A stretch of DNA of 64,000 bases from Bispira polyomma (Eukaryota): positions 38,998,001 to 39,062,000 of the forward strand of contig OZ287756.1 of the NCBI GenBank assembly GCA_965649765.1. The letters run 5' to 3'. A program made the translations under genes and the position numbers. This document shows, one piece after another, positions 62,259-64,000 of this stretch (position 1 is the first letter of the stretch; each line of letters begins with the position of its first letter). The notes under the pieces were generated by a model. The model had not been told where the DNA came from. It ran no database searches and saw nothing but the letters and a program-made list of their open reading frames with translations.

Positions 62259-64000
62259 TTTTTTTTTTTTTTTTTTTAATTTTTTTTTTTTTGATTTTAC
62301 ACAAAAACAAACAAAAAAAATAACTTGTTACCGGACAAAACACAAAACCTTTTCTATATGGTTAATGTTTAAGAACATATAAGTACAGAATGTGTCTTAC
62401 TTTCCCACAAAACATCTCACAATTACAAAAACACTGGGATACATACTTTTAGCAGTCACATGATATCAAAAATGTGGATGAACAAATATATATTACATAA
62501 AATAAGCTGATCAGTTGGTAACAGACTAAGATTAATTTTAAAAATACATATTGCATAAACTAAGCTAATAGATTGGTAAAAGATTGATATTATGTCAGAA
62601 ATATTTTACACAGGTAAGTATCATTCCGGTAACAACACAGAAAACTGAATACATAATAAGAATTGAATTAGTACTATATATCCCGGAAAATATTTTTCTA
62701 TCTTTCCCATCGTTTGTTAAAAGCAATATCGTTTCCATTTATTTGCGACAAGTATTTTTGTTCTTCAAACTTAATTTTGACTTCTTGTTGTAAATAGTAA
62801 ATATTTAAATCTATTTTTTTTCATACATTTATAAATATAATTTCTTGTAATAAGAAGGATGAAATTGAGTGGCCAAACACTACAGTCTAATATAGGATAA
62901 CCTAAGATTTTCATTGGTTCGGTTATATTTATCTATTCTTCTTTAGATCCAATTTCCTATGTTATTCCACAATACGGATACTTTTTTATATATGGACAAT
63001 ACTCTCAGGCATTTCTCCACATAACGTACATTTATCATTCTGACTAACTTTAATTTTATTCAGGTAATCATTTGTATCTAAAATATGAAATAATACTTTG
63101 TATTGAAACCAAATTAGAGAATTGTCTATTACAGATTTGAAACAACATTTAAAGAAATTTGACCACATATCATCTTTATAATTCATATTAAGTTCCCTTG
63201 ACCATTTGGTCTTACATAAAGGTTCTGTTGAATTAAACTTGTTCCCAAGTAGCACATATAGGTCCTTACACCCTTTAATATTTGTTAATAGTTTTAAATG
63301 AAACAGGTAATATGTTCTAATACATTCAAATGGTGCTTATATATATTTAGCAATAAATTTAGTTAGCTCTCGCATAACTTTAAAATAATGCAAGAAATTT
63401 ATGTTTAAATTATATTTACTTTTGATACTATCTATATCAAGTACCTTCCCAGCTGTATTCACTATGTCGCCAACACAGTGTATTCCTTTTTTGTGCCAAA
63501 CCGGATAGAACATGGGTTGTTCTGAAATCTGAGCATTATACCATATACAAGATTGCATCATGTCACTATTTGACCTTACCTCACGTGCTTTACATAGTAG
63601 CATCCAATTTTCAAGGACATTTTGCCAAAATATATTTTGAACAATTTTTATTATAGTGTTGCACCATTCCGGTCCCACTGTAAACAAATTTCCAAGATTT
63701 TCGTATGTCTCAAATAATAAAGTTTGTCATGGTGATTCATTTAGAAGGCTCAATCTTCCCATTCAACTAACCTTTAAAGCCTTTTCAAAATTATAGATAT
63801 CCAACATTCTCAGTCCCCCTTTGAAATAGTCAGAACATATAGTTTTGCGTTTTATTTTATCAGGTTTGTTATTCCAAAGGAACTTATAAAACATTTTGTT
63901 CAACTCTTCTAAGAGAGTATCAGGTGTTGGTACTGGTAGAAATGGATGAATTAATTTTGAAACAAGAATTCTTTTTATTACTGTAATTTTACCCAAAGGT
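62259..64000 (-). mobile_element. Tx1/L1-clade LINE 3' half with poly(A) tail; runs off the window end
   Basis: GKITVIK..LVSKL, FLWNNKPDKIKR, GGLRMLD, FWQNVL, IWYN and the zf-RVT-like WFQYKVL..C.LC...ESIVHI. Poly(T) on the + strand at 62259-62292. Confidence 0.88.

Overview
AT-rich, CpG-poor animal genomic DNA. It is most likely lophotrochozoan (mollusc or annelid), inferred from the neuropeptide and the transposon families. Most of the window is decayed transposon sequence. The only clear host gene is a neuropeptide KY (NKY; sNPF/PrRP-type) precursor coding exon at 15874-16293 (-), with a splice acceptor directly before its ATG. Upstream lies an apparently intact Neptune-type Penelope-like retroelement in which the N-terminal domain (23037-23825) and RT/GIY-YIG (20469-22868) are separate ORFs in the same frame. 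Other elements: five tyrosine-recombinase retrotransposon pieces (Ngaro/PAT-like and DIRS1-like), L2/CR1 LINEs (one with a 2A-like GDINLNPGP motif), Tx1/L1 LINEs, three copies of a tRNA-derived SINE, two decayed PIF/Harbinger loci, many MITEs and a 1.18-kb solo LTR. The most unusual signals are (i) six sequence-divergent, covarying RNA hairpins with a conserved GUAAAA-type loop in the transcribed part of the solo LTR, (ii) the split two-ORF Penelope with an intron-like spacer, (iii) the 2A-like peptide and (iv) a CpG/CRE-rich patch on the YIDD motif of an otherwise CpG-poor element. All calls were made by eye, without database searches, and the ends of decayed elements are approximate.
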